This document shows, in pieces, positions 18,235 through 28,214 of a stretch of 64,000 nucleotides of DNA. Each line of letters starts with the position of its first letter. The first letter of the stretch is position 1. The position numbers and the translations under genes are program-made. The notes under the pieces are model-generated. The model was not told the origin of the DNA, did no database searches, and was given only the letters and a program-made list of their open reading frames with translations. Origin of the DNA: an uncultured Patescibacteria group bacterium (GTDB lineage Bacteria; Patescibacteriota; Minisyncoccia; Phycocordibacterales; UBA918); the NCBI GenBank assembly GCA_934699595.1, contig CAKUWT010000001.1, positions 289,033 to 353,032 on the forward strand, given 5' to 3'.

Positions 18235-19788
18235 CTATCTCCCGAAACGTTCCTCCGCGTAACGCAGTAAATCTTTCACATCTTGATTGCGGTGTTTGGA
18301 GTTGAGAATCACCACCGCCACTACTCGACTCTGGTCACCCACCCTTAAAGTATGGAGAGAGACTGAAGTTTGCCCGGCGGCCGTAGTCTCTCCGATCTTA
18401 CCTCCAAGGAAGTTTTCCAACGACTCTACTTTATTAAAGTTCAGCAACTTACCAAACTCACCGCTAGTGTAGATGGTTGGCAAATCTTGGTTGGCGGTTA
18501 AGTCTAAGATAAACCGGCGATGTTTGTAGATATATTGAGTCAGCTGAAATAGGTCTCGGACCGAAGATACATTACCATCACCAAGCCCAGACGGATCCAC
18601 AAAATGGGTGTCGCTCATTCCCAAGCGCTCAGCCATTTCATTCATTTTTTTGATAAAATCTTCTCTGCCGAGCTGGGCCGCGATCACTTCTGCTGATTCG
18701 TTTGACGATTCAATTAAAAGCAGCTGCATCAAACTAAACATTGACACTCGAGAACGATCGCCCAACCGGGGCACTAAGGATTGCACGAAGGTGGGCTGGG
18801 AGACCGTTACGGAACTGTCGAGGTTAATATACTCTGAAGCAATCAAAGCAGTCATCAGTTTAGTCAGTGAAGCAATTGGTACTGCGGCGTCTAGATCACT
18901 ACTAGCGAGAATGGTATTACTCTCAACATCGGCGATTAAGTAATGTGGGGTTTCGAGAGAAGGAATTTTCGGCTGATAAACAAAGGCGTCTGCCGGTGCC
19001 GCTTCTTCATGTACCAAAACTGGGGTGTTGATTGCTACTTGTTTATACAGAGCTTTAGCGTCGGCATCACTTAGGCGGATGCACCCCCCCTGATAATCAT
19101 CGGCCACTTTTTCTCCTGGAGACACCTCTGGCGTACCGTGAATCATGAAATTACCTTGAAAGCCCAGACTCCAAGGTTGGTAAATCTGACTAAAGTTAGA
19201 AAAATTACGCTCCTTTTTTGACTCCACCTGGTACAAGCCTGCTGGGGTCTCACACCAAGAGCTGATTGGAGCTTTAGTGAGGATCGGATACTGCACAGAG
19301 ATATTGCCACCCTCGTAATAACGCAGGCGCATTTTAGCCAAATCCACCTCTAAAAAAGTCCGACCCGCGTTGATAAAGCTGTCTCGCGTTTCGTTAAAAA
19401 AGTACGGCTCGGCAAAGATACCCTGAATACCGTAATTTAACGGGGTTTGCTCACCGGTATAGGGGTTTTCAATCACTAATGGAGTATCAGCTTTAGCTGT
19501 CAGCCACTCACTACCAATGGCTGCCAGCATCCCTCCGCTAGGTAGCGAGAGCGGTGTGAAGCTTAAAATGACCGCCAACATTAATCCTGGAATCAAAAAT
19601 AGTAGCGGCGTTAGTGCCGCTAGTTTTAAGCTGGCTGCTTTATTATCTAAAGAGACTGACTGTGGTGAAAAACGCTTTGGTAGCGAAATTAAGCGACCCT
19701 GATCAACCGTGGTCTCACTATCACTCTGATAACTCACCGCCTGAAAGCGTTTAGAGCCTTTCTCGCTACTGTCCATGCTCCTTATCAT
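18235..19788 (-). CDS. membrane-anchored fusion of an L,D-transpeptidase (YkuD) domain and an S11-like serine DD-peptidase / beta-lactamase-fold domain
   Basis: The LDT motif is IHGTPEVSPGEKVADDYQGGCIRLSDADAKALY. Downstream are SLTK (SxxK), SSN (SxN) and KIGET (a degenerate KTG). An N-terminal TM segment is present. The likely start is MIRSMDSS at 19788; the track ORF extends to 19860. Confidence 0.55.
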   Translation of the reverse strand: MIRSMDSSEKGSKRFQAVSYQSDSETTVDQGRLISLPKRFSPQSVSLDNKAASLKLAALTPLLFLIPGLMLAVILSFTPLSLPSGGMLAAIGSEWLTAKADTPLVIENPYTGEQTPLNYGIQGIFAEPYFFNETRDSFINAGRTFLEVDLAKMRLRYYEGGNISVQYPILTKAPISSWCETPAGLYQVESKKERNFSNFSQIYQPWSLGFQGNFMIHGTPEVSPGEKVADDYQGGCIRLSDADAKALYKQVAINTPVLVHEEAAPADAFVYQPKIPSLETPHYLIADVESNTILASSDLDAAVPIASLTKLMTALIASEYINLDSSVTVSQPTFVQSLVPRLGDRSRVSMFSLMQLLLIESSNESAEVIAAQLGREDFIKKMNEMAERLGMSDTHFVDPSGLGDGNVSSVRDLFQLTQYIYKHRRFILDLTANQDLPTIYTSGEFGKLLNFNKVESLENFLGGKIGETTAAGQTSVSLHTLRVGDQSRVVAVVILNSKHRNQDVKDLLRYAEERFGR

Positions 19789-19849
19789 ACCGTATTTATT
19801 AATTTTTTTCCGAGACTTTTGTACAGGTGACTTGTGTATAAAACTGAGC

Positions 19850-19895
19850 CTAATAAACAAAAAAGACGCCGGGGAGCCCTGGCGTCTTGGTTTTT
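19850..19895. terminator. bidirectional rho-independent terminator
   Basis: The hairpin agacgccgggg-agc-cctggcgtct is flanked by A-run/T-run on both strands. Confidence 0.5.
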
Positions 19896-19925
19896 GACTG
19901 TTTACAAAAACAGGCTAAGAAGTGG

Positions 19926-20135
19926 CTAGAGGTCGACAACAATCCCCCGTCGGCTCAGCTCCTTTCGAGCTGCCACCACAAATTCGTGCTGATTCACGAA
20001 TTTACGATGCCGATTTCGATTCAGATAATTGGATAATCGCACATACAAATCCTCATCGGTACACTGACATAAGCAATTCCTGGCCGAATCGATCAGCTCT
20101 GATTTTTCCTGGCGGTCCTTATGAAGTTCAAGCAT
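19926..20135 (-). CDS. small hypothetical protein (69 aa)
   Basis: The ORF composition is charged and mixed. A terminator lies 39 nt downstream on the same strand. Its status is uncertain. Confidence 0.25.
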   Translation of the reverse strand: MLELHKDRQEKSELIDSARNCLCQCTDEDLYVRLSNYLNRNRHRKFVNQHEFVVAARKELSRRGIVVDL

Positions 20136-20229
20136 CTTCCTCTCCCTCTGCTAAGCATGTCAAGAACACATTGGTTCCATATATTTTTATAGCACAAAAG
20201 ATAACCTCTGCCTAGTAACTGATTACTCC

Positions 20230-21576
20230 CTACTCCACTTCGTAGACGCCTGGTGCTTTTAGGGCAGCTTTGGTGTAGCGATTACCAGGATCCCAAATCA
20301 TCCAATCCATTACGCCCGCGTCGTAACTAGCCTGGATTTGGGTACGCACTTCAGCTGGACCATAAATACCGCCGTAGTTAAAATCCTGAATCCAGGTACG
20401 AAGTTTACGATGATCGTAGCCAGGCTTCTCATATATGGCCGGAGTCGAGGTACCTACTCGCTGATAGGCAAAACTCTCTAAAGCAGTAGTGGTGGCTTTA
20501 GTCCTAGTCAGGGCAGCGCTCATAGAGTGTTCAACAATCCGGTACGGAATAGTGTTGGGATTATCCACCCCCAAGAAACCGCGTGGATAATGAGACGGAT
20601 ACACCATTGGCGCCACCGCATCGAAGTATGGCAACGCCCGTTCAAGAACCTGTCCAATTGATAGATCATCATGATTAGTGGCAGTCATACCAAACAAATC
20701 CACCGAGGTGTACGGGGTGGCCAATTCACGACCGGTATTTTCGTGTCGATAAGCGGTAAACTTCTCCGGCTTAGATAACTCTTCATGTAGATAACGGAAA
20801 AAAGCCTCCAGATTAGCCTGCTTATCGCCCGGCCACTCCGACTGCTCTGTGTAGGTAAAGGCGATATCTGTCATATTACCGTCAGAAGGATAGCGAACGT
20901 AGTCGTAGTTCAGTTCATCAAAACCGACGTTGTAGGCATCTACACTCAAGCTGACAACTTTCTCCCAGTAGGGCTTAGCCGCTACATCAATAAAGGCCAA
21001 GCCTTTATGGTCGCGCCAAACTGTCTGTCGATCACTTTGCTTCACGGCTAGCTCCGGATGCTTATTAGTGAAGAAGGGATCTTGAAAGACAGTCACACGA
21101 CCAATCACATAGATTCCCAGCTTGTGTAAACTAGCGATGAATTCGCGCATGTCGCGTGCGCCACACTCAGCCGCCTGCCAGGCTCCTTCCCACTCAGGAT
21201 TCTCAGGCGCAAAAGAAATATGTCCAGAGTAGTCTTTGATATCAATTACGATACTATTAACCTCAGTTGAAGTTACTAAATCCACCACCTGCTGCCGAAA
21301 GGTAGGCGTACCTACCACACAAGCGGTCATATAGACTGCCTTCACCTGCTTTGGTAATGGTTGATGTGCTACTACCGTGCGCTCATCTGTCTGATTATCC
21401 CGGTCTAATTCTCTCTGACTAGACTCTGTCAAGGCAGTGGCTTCATCAGTTTGTAAAGAGGCTGATTCATAGGTCACCTTGTTACCGAGCCCACCACCCC
21501 ACCAGCCGTAAGCTACTAGAGCAAAGCCAAAGGCCGCCATCATCGCTAACCCTAAAATACCATAACGCTGTTTCAT
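20230..21576 (-). CDS. membrane-anchored putative glycoside hydrolase (TIM-barrel, DUF4015/GHL-like)
   Basis: An N-terminal TM segment is present. Overall similarity to DUF4015-type putative glycosyl hydrolases (VIGRVTVFQDP...FDELNYDYVRYP). Confidence 0.35.
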   Translation of the reverse strand: MKQRYGILGLAMMAAFGFALVAYGWWGGGLGNKVTYESASLQTDEATALTESSQRELDRDNQTDERTVVAHQPLPKQVKAVYMTACVVGTPTFRQQVVDLVTSTEVNSIVIDIKDYSGHISFAPENPEWEGAWQAAECGARDMREFIASLHKLGIYVIGRVTVFQDPFFTNKHPELAVKQSDRQTVWRDHKGLAFIDVAAKPYWEKVVSLSVDAYNVGFDELNYDYVRYPSDGNMTDIAFTYTEQSEWPGDKQANLEAFFRYLHEELSKPEKFTAYRHENTGRELATPYTSVDLFGMTATNHDDLSIGQVLERALPYFDAVAPMVYPSHYPRGFLGVDNPNTIPYRIVEHSMSAALTRTKATTTALESFAYQRVGTSTPAIYEKPGYDHRKLRTWIQDFNYGGIYGPAEVRTQIQASYDAGVMDWMIWDPGNRYTKAALKAPGVYEVE

Positions 21577-21578
21577 AA

Positions 21579-21854
21579 CTATCCCTCTTTAGCAGTGAAC
21601 AAATCACCAGTAGTCTCCATAAAAGTATCCTCCTCAGAATACTTTCTGATTTCAGCTAAGTATTGCTGACGTCTAATCAAGTAACCGCACAGCGCGAGCA
21701 GACCGCCTAAGCTAACAGTGGCATACAATTTCCACGGAGCTGGTATGCCGAGAAACGGCAATACTACTAATAAAAGTCCACTTAAAAAAACTACTGTACC
21801 TTTTGTCATTATTAAAGCAGTATAACTTAATTCACCCTCGAGAACAAAAACCAA
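21579..21854 (-). CDS. small membrane protein, hypothetical
   Basis: Two hydrophobic helices. The gene is tightly packed between neighbours. Confidence 0.35.
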   Translation of the reverse strand: MVFVLEGELSYTALIMTKGTVVFLSGLLLVVLPFLGIPAPWKLYATVSLGGLLALCGYLIRRQQYLAEIRKYSEEDTFMETTGDLFTAKEG

Positions 21855-21872
21855 CCTGGATAATTAAAGAAT

Positions 21873-22565
21873 TCATGAGCTTAATGCTGGAGGCACCACC
21901 AACACAAACTCCCCTTTTTGCTTCACTGGGGTTGTGGTCAGAGCAGCTAATAAGTCCGCTGGCGTGCCTGTCAATACCTCTTCGTGTAGCTTGGTTAACT
22001 CACGCATCAAGAGCAGCGGCCGGAGAGCTAGCTCAGGCACGGCAGCCATCTCTGTCAACATTTTGACGATGCGGTGTGTGGACTCAAAAAAAATCACTGG
22101 CCTCGAGTAGCTGGTCAACTCCTTCAAAAAAGTCTGCCGCCCTTTTTTAAGAGGGGCGAAACCCAAGAAAGTAAACTGATTCCCTACTAGCCCCGCCAAG
22201 GAAAAGGCGGCCGTAACGGCAGAAGCTCCGGGCACCACCTCTACTCGCAGCCCCTGCTCGCGCGCCGCCTGCACCAGGAGTACGCCAGGGTCGCTGACTC
22301 CGGGAGTGCCAGCGTCTGAGACTAGTGCCAAATTTTTCCCAGCGGCTAAATCAGCCAGAATATTATCCGCCACTAGCTGGCTGGCATGTGCATCATATCG
22401 CCGCAGCGACTGTTTAATTTCATAGTGGGCCAGCAATTTCCCTGTCACCCGCGTATCCTCACAAAGCACATAATCAACCTCACCCAAGATACGCAACGCT
22501 CGCAAAGTAATGTCTTCCAAATTACCAATCGGGGTGGCTACTAAATATAAAATTCCTGTTTCCAT
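21873..22565 (-). CDS. rsmI: 16S rRNA (cytidine1402-2'-O)-methyltransferase
   Basis: The sequence METGILYLVATPIGNLEDITLRALRILGEVDYVLCEDTR is the tetrapyrrole-methylase-fold RsmI N-terminus. The start is taken at the conserved Met; the track ORF begins 21 codons earlier. Confidence 0.7.
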   Translation of the reverse strand: METGILYLVATPIGNLEDITLRALRILGEVDYVLCEDTRVTGKLLAHYEIKQSLRRYDAHASQLVADNILADLAAGKNLALVSDAGTPGVSDPGVLLVQAAREQGLRVEVVPGASAVTAAFSLAGLVGNQFTFLGFAPLKKGRQTFLKELTSYSRPVIFFESTHRIVKMLTEMAAVPELALRPLLLMRELTKLHEEVLTGTPADLLAALTTTPVKQKGEFVLVVPPALSS

Positions 22566-22662
22566 AGCTAATTTTGATATTGGTTTAAGCATAGCAGGTT
22601 CAGCGTAAATAAAAAGAAAAATCGGCACTCTCCAAGAGAGCGCCGATCAAGGTGAGCCTGAT

Positions 22663-23256
22663 TCAGTACGAGGTCCGCTGGCTGACGCGCCGCTTATAGA
22701 AACGCACCAAGCGATCCTGCCACGTTAAAGGCAGGGCGGCATTGATGAATTTGAGGGGCTCCATCGCCAGGGCGAAGAGCGGGATTGGGTCCCGCACCTT
22801 CGCGTATTTTAACGACTTCGCAAAGCGTCCACCGATATGGCGATGGACGAGGAACCAGACTCGCGGTATATGCCACGAGAAAGCTCGCACCCGGATTCTC
22901 ACCGGGTGCAATTTGCCCGATCTCCCCCTCGCCGCCAGTTCCTGATACCTCTCGTTCAGATACTCCTCGAAGGTGAGGAGTTCACCGATAGTGTTGAATC
23001 GCCGGGACGACAGGACAACGACCTCGGTACGAGGCACTCCTACCTCGTACAAGTACTCAGCCATCAATTCGGCCAAGGTCTGTCTGAGTCGCGGCAAATC
23101 AGGATTATACCCTGCGGCCACCACCAGTCTTCGACCAGTGCTGCCACGTTCGAACGCCGCCTCATCGAGTAGTCTCTTGGTTCGCAGACCAAGCTCCCCC
23201 TCCTTGGTCATATCATTCCCGAGTATCAGTTCATATTCGTAAGGAACCAGAAACAT
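22663..23256 (-). CDS. DUF218 (YdcF/SanA/ElyC-like) domain protein in a GC-rich segment
   Basis: The motif EVGVPRTEVVVLSSRRFNTIGELLTFEEYL resembles the DUF218 core. Local GC is about 58% versus about 45% in the flanks. Confidence 0.4.
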   Translation of the reverse strand: MFLVPYEYELILGNDMTKEGELGLRTKRLLDEAAFERGSTGRRLVVAAGYNPDLPRLRQTLAELMAEYLYEVGVPRTEVVVLSSRRFNTIGELLTFEEYLNERYQELAARGRSGKLHPVRIRVRAFSWHIPRVWFLVHRHIGGRFAKSLKYAKVRDPIPLFALAMEPLKFINAALPLTWQDRLVRFYKRRVSQRTSY

Positions 23257-23310
23257 CCCTCATCTCCCTAAAATCTGGGGTTGTTTGACTGCTTTAAAAA
23301 ATACTACGGT

Positions 23311-24654
23311 TTACAATTTTGTCAAGTTGGTAGCTACTTTGGTGATCGGCCCTGCCCCCATTACCAAAATTACATTGTCGTCACCTGCTTCTTCACGGAG
23401 GGTTTTGGTTAGACTTTCTAGATCAGAGACGGACTGAGCTGAAGTGCCTGTGTCGACAACAGCAGCTGCCAATTGTTCACTACTAATCTCTCCTAAATCC
23501 TCCTCACGGGCGGCATAAATCGGTGCCAGATAAACCCGGTCTGCTTTGGCTAGCGCTTCCACAAAATCGGCAAATAGCTCTCTGGTACGAGAAAAAGTAT
23601 GGGGTTGAAAAGCCACTACTATTTGCCGCTCTGGATACAGCTCTCTCGCCGCCAGAATGGTAGCGGTAATTTCGGTTGGATGATGACCGTAGTCGTCGTA
23701 AACCGGCACCCCGCCCACTCCCCCAGTCAACTCACCCTTATATTCAAAACGGCGCCAAGTGCCACTAAAGTTTTCTAACGCGGTGCTGGCAATAGTTTCA
23801 GGAATACCGATAGTAACTGCGGTGGCTTTGGCCGCCGCCGCATTCTGGCGGTTATGCATCCCTGGCTGCTTTAATGCTAGCTGCAGGTCTAGATATTCCT
23901 CATAATCAATCACTGTCGCTTTAGCTGCCGTCAGCACCGGTGCCACTTGAGGGTTTTTCGTTGGCGCAATAATAAAGCCTGTTTCTGACACCTTAGCAAC
24001 CAGTTCTGCAAAGGCAGCCTGTACATCAGCTAGGTCATGATAGTAGTCAACATGTTCAAACTCCAGGTTGGTAATCACTAACACATCCGGCTCAAGGTGA
24101 AGAAAATCTCGCTTGTATTCGCAAGCCTCTACTACCGCATACTTACTTTTGCCTGGCCGATAATTACTTCCAGTTTCAGTCCGCAAACTACCCACAATGG
24201 CAGTCGGGTCGTAATCGGCTTCTTCAAGAATGTCGGTCAACATGGCGGTAGTAGTAGTTTTACCATGACTACCAGCGACGGCTACTAGATAGTAGTCATT
24301 AAAAGCGAGAGCCAGGCCAGAAAAATAATTCACCATCGGCACCCGCAAAGCCTTAGCCGCGACCATCTCTTCCTGATCCGCACTCATGGCCTCAGTGTAA
24401 ATAACTAGTTCAATATCATCAGTAATATTTGTTGCTATCTGGCTAGGAAAAATATGAACACCGAGCTTTCTTAGATCTTCAGTAATTTGTGACTCGCTGC
24501 GGTCACTCCCCGATACTACCTTACCTTCGTGAGCCAAATGTCGAGCCAGGGCACTCATGCCAATACCGCCCACACCTATCATATGAATACGTTTTATAGC
24601 AGACAAATCTAGTCGGTTTGTTGTTGCGGAAACTGAAGTTCTTGACGTTTGCAT
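23311..24654 (-). CDS. murC: UDP-N-acetylmuramate--L-alanine ligase
   Basis: The motifs IHMIGVGGIGMSALA and VAVAGSHGKTTTTAML are present, with Mur ligase architecture. Confidence 0.8.
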   Translation of the reverse strand: MQTSRTSVSATTNRLDLSAIKRIHMIGVGGIGMSALARHLAHEGKVVSGSDRSESQITEDLRKLGVHIFPSQIATNITDDIELVIYTEAMSADQEEMVAAKALRVPMVNYFSGLALAFNDYYLVAVAGSHGKTTTTAMLTDILEEADYDPTAIVGSLRTETGSNYRPGKSKYAVVEACEYKRDFLHLEPDVLVITNLEFEHVDYYHDLADVQAAFAELVAKVSETGFIIAPTKNPQVAPVLTAAKATVIDYEEYLDLQLALKQPGMHNRQNAAAAKATAVTIGIPETIASTALENFSGTWRRFEYKGELTGGVGGVPVYDDYGHHPTEITATILAARELYPERQIVVAFQPHTFSRTRELFADFVEALAKADRVYLAPIYAAREEDLGEISSEQLAAAVVDTGTSAQSVSDLESLTKTLREEAGDDNVILVMGAGPITKVATNLTKL

Positions 24655-24710
24655 AGATTTTAATATTATCAGATATAGATTGATCTGTCATAAAAAATGG
24701 AGCCGTAGCC

Positions 24711-25445
24711 ATGGAGACGATCCTGACGCTAAAAACACTGAACTGGAAGCTCTCCGTTTTCGGACAAGCGCTTCAAGCTGAGAACAGCAGTGAGGAAGAC
24801 TACCGAATTATGTTGGCCCTACAGCCAGATCACTGCCAGAAAGCCGTGATTACTCAGCGAGGCGTCCCCTTACCCTACGGGGTCGTAGATCATGCTGATG
24901 AAAATGGTCTCGTCAGAGCTCAGGGTCTCTGGCTAAAGCGATCTGGTAGCAGTGTCGCCATAGCCACCAGAGACTGTGGCGTAACGATTTTTTCTGGCAC
25001 CCACGATCAGCCTGTCGCCCTCGTACATACCGGGCGAGACCAACTACTGCGAACTCCGGACATCAGAACTGAGTGCCGCGCCTCGGTCATTCAGAGTGCA
25101 ACGAGCTGGTTCAGAAACCGCTTCCCCATTGCCGATCTGGAAGCTTACAGCATTGGCCATATCCACGCTGGGGATTTTCCGCACAGCACTCATCCTCGAA
25201 AAGAACAAATCCAAAATGAGTTAGCAGGTTGGACTCAAGACAATTCCGATTTGACAATAGTCAAAAATCAGGAACAGCTGACCATCTGCCTGCAGACCCT
25301 GATTAAGGTACAGCTGCGTCACTATAAAGTCCTGGAAAAAAATATCCAAAGCGATGACTGTCTGGATCCTTTCCGTGATCCACGACTAGGCTCCACCCGA
25401 GCCAAACGCCCAGGAAGTAATGTTTTTGTCCTTGAGCGACTCTAG
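24711..25445 (+). CDS. divergent YfiH/PgeF-like (DUF152) protein, possibly a peptidoglycan editing factor
   Basis: The motif AIATRDCGVTIF...ALVHTGRDQL resembles the ADCxP...HAGWRG core of the family. The length (244 aa) fits. It is divergently adjacent to murC. Confidence 0.3.
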   Translation: METILTLKTLNWKLSVFGQALQAENSSEEDYRIMLALQPDHCQKAVITQRGVPLPYGVVDHADENGLVRAQGLWLKRSGSSVAIATRDCGVTIFSGTHDQPVALVHTGRDQLLRTPDIRTECRASVIQSATSWFRNRFPIADLEAYSIGHIHAGDFPHSTHPRKEQIQNELAGWTQDNSDLTIVKNQEQLTICLQTLIKVQLRHYKVLEKNIQSDDCLDPFRDPRLGSTRAKRPGSNVFVLERL

Positions 25446-25518
25446 CGTCGCTCGAGGAGATAACCACAGACCCGCTCTTCGAGCGGGTCTTCCTTTTTAG
25501 AGACTAACCAAAGCAAGG

Positions 25519-26895
25519 CTACTCCACATCCAAGCTGTCCCTGACCAGCTGCAAAAATTCATCATTCCGTTCATACTCATTTTTATATTGAGAAAATGAG
25601 GCAAAACCTGGAGAAAATAAAATTGTATCTCCAATTACCGCTATCTGTAGTGCCGCTTGGTAAGCCGTGCGCAAATCAGCCAGAACCGCCACCGGAATCT
25701 GGTTATCATGTAAATAACCAAGTAACTCCTCAGTGCCACTACCAGGAATTAGGAACACTTGGCGACAAGTTTGACCAATCTCATAAGCCAACTCAGCAGC
25801 TGATAATCCTTTTGAGGCCCCGCCAGCGATTAAAATCAATCCCTGATCCTTGTCCTTACTAGCCAAGGCTTTAAGCGCCATAATGGTGGCAGTGGGGGTA
25901 GTGGCGTTATTGTCGTTGAAAATCTTTACCCCTTGTCGGGTAGTAACTTGCTGTAAGCGTCCTTCTACTCCAGAAAAACTGGCTAGAGCTGGAAAAATTT
26001 CTTCCCTTGTAAGCCCTAAGGCCTCTAAGGCAGCGGTGGCCAACGCGGCATTAAAACGATTATGTACTCCAGGCATGACGAGCTCCAGCTCTACAGGCAA
26101 GAGCGAATCATCTACCAAAACTACCTCCTGTCCCAGAGTTAGCTCTGGACAATATTGCTTAATCAGATCAAAAACAGCAGTTGTAGTGACTAAAGTACTG
26201 AACTCATCTTGATAGCGGAAAATATTAGCCTTGTCTAAAAAATATCTCTCTAAAGCCTTCGCTTCTGAAAAACCACCCTTCTGATAATAGTCAAGATGAT
26301 CAGACATAAAGTTGGTAAAAACCGCTACTTGAGGAGACATTTTAGCCCAACCCCAGCCCTGTAACTGCCAAGAATCTAACTCCATGACCGCAAGTGAATC
26401 CTCATGAACCTCTTTGAGCAGCTGTAAATTTGAGATGCCGCGAATATTTCCACCTCGAATCACTTCTTCACTAGTCACCATTTCAATTACGTGACTAATC
26501 ATAGCAGTCACGGTACTTTTTCCGCGAGTACCAGTAATACCCACGACAGGGGTTTGTGAAATTGAGGCAAACAATGCGGCGCTTTGATAGAGGGGCACAT
26601 CCATCCTTCTTGCCACCTCTAAATATTCAGAATTCAATGGCACACCAGCCGCTACCAGAATCAGGTCTCGGTTTTGAAAATCCTCCCGCCGGTGTTCACC
26701 AAGAACTAGCTTTACGTCCGGGTAACGCTCTAAAACCTTCACAGAAGTGGCTAGAGCAGCCGCATCTTTTAAATCAGTCACAATTACTTCAGTCGCTCCG
26801 GATTCGGCAATATAAGCCGCGTCGCCCACCCCTCGCCCCAGCAGTCCGAGACCCATCACTGTCACTCGCTTATCTCGAAAAAAGTCAGTTTCCAT
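25519..26895 (-). CDS. murD: UDP-N-acetylmuramoylalanine--D-glutamate ligase
   Basis: The motifs VTVMGLGLLGRG and GITGTRGKSTVTAM are present, with Mur ligase C-terminal domain features. Confidence 0.8.
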   Translation of the reverse strand: METDFFRDKRVTVMGLGLLGRGVGDAAYIAESGATEVIVTDLKDAAALATSVKVLERYPDVKLVLGEHRREDFQNRDLILVAAGVPLNSEYLEVARRMDVPLYQSAALFASISQTPVVGITGTRGKSTVTAMISHVIEMVTSEEVIRGGNIRGISNLQLLKEVHEDSLAVMELDSWQLQGWGWAKMSPQVAVFTNFMSDHLDYYQKGGFSEAKALERYFLDKANIFRYQDEFSTLVTTTAVFDLIKQYCPELTLGQEVVLVDDSLLPVELELVMPGVHNRFNAALATAALEALGLTREEIFPALASFSGVEGRLQQVTTRQGVKIFNDNNATTPTATIMALKALASKDKDQGLILIAGGASKGLSAAELAYEIGQTCRQVFLIPGSGTEELLGYLHDNQIPVAVLADLRTAYQAALQIAVIGDTILFSPGFASFSQYKNEYERNDEFLQLVRDSLDVE

Positions 26896-26958
26896 ATACC
26901 CAGTATCATAAACATAAAGACTTGGAAAAGCTAGTACAATGTTACAATAAAGATCTTA

Positions 26959-27140
26959 TGAATCAAAAGCGTGCTCTGGAGCAATATCGAGTTTTTCCTT
27001 TCTTGGCCTGGTTTGCGATTATTATCGCCTCTTTATCTCTTGGTCACTTGCTTATCTCTCTGAACCACTCACTAGCAGATCTGGATCATCGGACTAGTCA
27101 CTTGGAACAAATTATTCAATCCCACCAACTAGATCTTTAG
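26959..27140 (+). CDS. small TM protein (60 aa), hypothetical
   Basis: The ATG at 26959 lies after the murD start. There is one TM helix and a short ORF. The call is weak. Confidence 0.2.
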
Positions 27141-27196
27141 TACCCTCTATGTTTCTTACTAAACCATGGCGCCACGACCGTCTTTAGAGCGGTTTA

Positions 27197-27736
27197 ATGC
27201 TATTTCTACTAACGGCCGTTTTTATCTTCTTTTTATGGCAACTGGCACACAGTATTACTCCAGGTTCTCGAGCAGAATCTTTTGTTCATGATTACGGCTA
27301 TTTAGCAATTTTTTTAATCAGCTTCTTATCTGGGTTAAATTTTATCATCCCTCTGCCCACAATGGCATTTACTCCCATTTTTCTTGCTGGAGGAATTTCT
27401 CCCTTGAAGATAATTATTTTCTTAAGTGCCGGAACCATATTAGCTAACCTGATTGCTTATTATCTCGGTCGCTTTGGTAAGAAATATGCCGACAATCATT
27501 ATCCTACTTGGCAAAAACGAATAAACCACTTTGTTATAAAATACACAAACTTCCTTCCTTGGATATTATTAATCACGGCTTCGTTTATACCTATTTCCGA
27601 AAAATTCTACCTGATTCCTCTCGGCCTCACTAAAATCTCAGCTTGGAAAATTTTACCTCCAGTTATTATTGGCAATATTGTTTACCACACTCTGACTACA
27701 ACCATAATTAGTTTACTCTTTCTTCATTATAGTTAG
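27197..27736 (+). CDS. DedA/VTT-family membrane protein
   Basis: The motif YGYLAIFLISFLSG...IPLP is the DedA signature. Polytopic. Confidence 0.5.
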   Translation: MLFLLTAVFIFFLWQLAHSITPGSRAESFVHDYGYLAIFLISFLSGLNFIIPLPTMAFTPIFLAGGISPLKIIIFLSAGTILANLIAYYLGRFGKKYADNHYPTWQKRINHFVIKYTNFLPWILLITASFIPISEKFYLIPLGLTKISAWKILPPVIIGNIVYHTLTTTIISLLFLHYS

Positions 27737-27882
27737 TGCCACAAAACCCAAACCGATACCTCCAGCTAAAAACAAGCGGGTAATAAATCCCACGCCTGCG
27801 CTGTGCCCAGCGCAGGCTATACCTAAGAATCACTATAGTGCCTTACTGGATACGTGGTTAAAAAACAAAATCCCGTTCTTAG

Positions 27883-27956
27883 TGCGCGCTCTAGGGGTCG
27901 AACCTAGGACCTTTCGAGTATCAGTCGAATGCTCTAGCCAACTGAGCTAAGCGCGC
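27883..27956 (-). tRNA. tRNA-Ile (anticodon GAU)
   Basis: The reverse complement folds as a cloverleaf: acceptor GCGCGCT/AGCGCGC, D-stem GCTC/GAGC, anticodon stem TTCGA/TCGAA with loop CTGATAC, T-arm CTAGG-TTCGACC-CCTAG, and discriminator A. Confidence 0.8.
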
Positions 27957-28214
27957 ACTAAGCACAGGATTAATGTGTCCGCGCATTATAACAAATAATA
28001 AAAAAGTTACCAGGTTTTTGATTAGGACACATAACATCCTTATAAGATTACTCAGACCAAGCTATTTTTCAAACAAAAATCTTGTCAGGGTTACTTAAAA
28101 TATTCCGGCTCTCATTCACTTTTTATTTATTCACAGTGTGCAGAAATATCCTTCAAGATAATTTTTTACGCTAGAATAGACTTAACTGTTTATCATTTTG
28201 TACGTATCTATATT

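Noticed and set aside
19922-20215. Plus-strand 97-aa ORF
   Set aside because: Its composition is unprotein-like. The minus-strand 69-aa ORF with a downstream terminator is the better, still weak, candidate.
26556-26958. The 5' part of ORF 26556-27140
   Set aside because: It overlaps murD on the opposite strand. Only the portion after the ATG at 26959 is kept, as a low-confidence small ORF.
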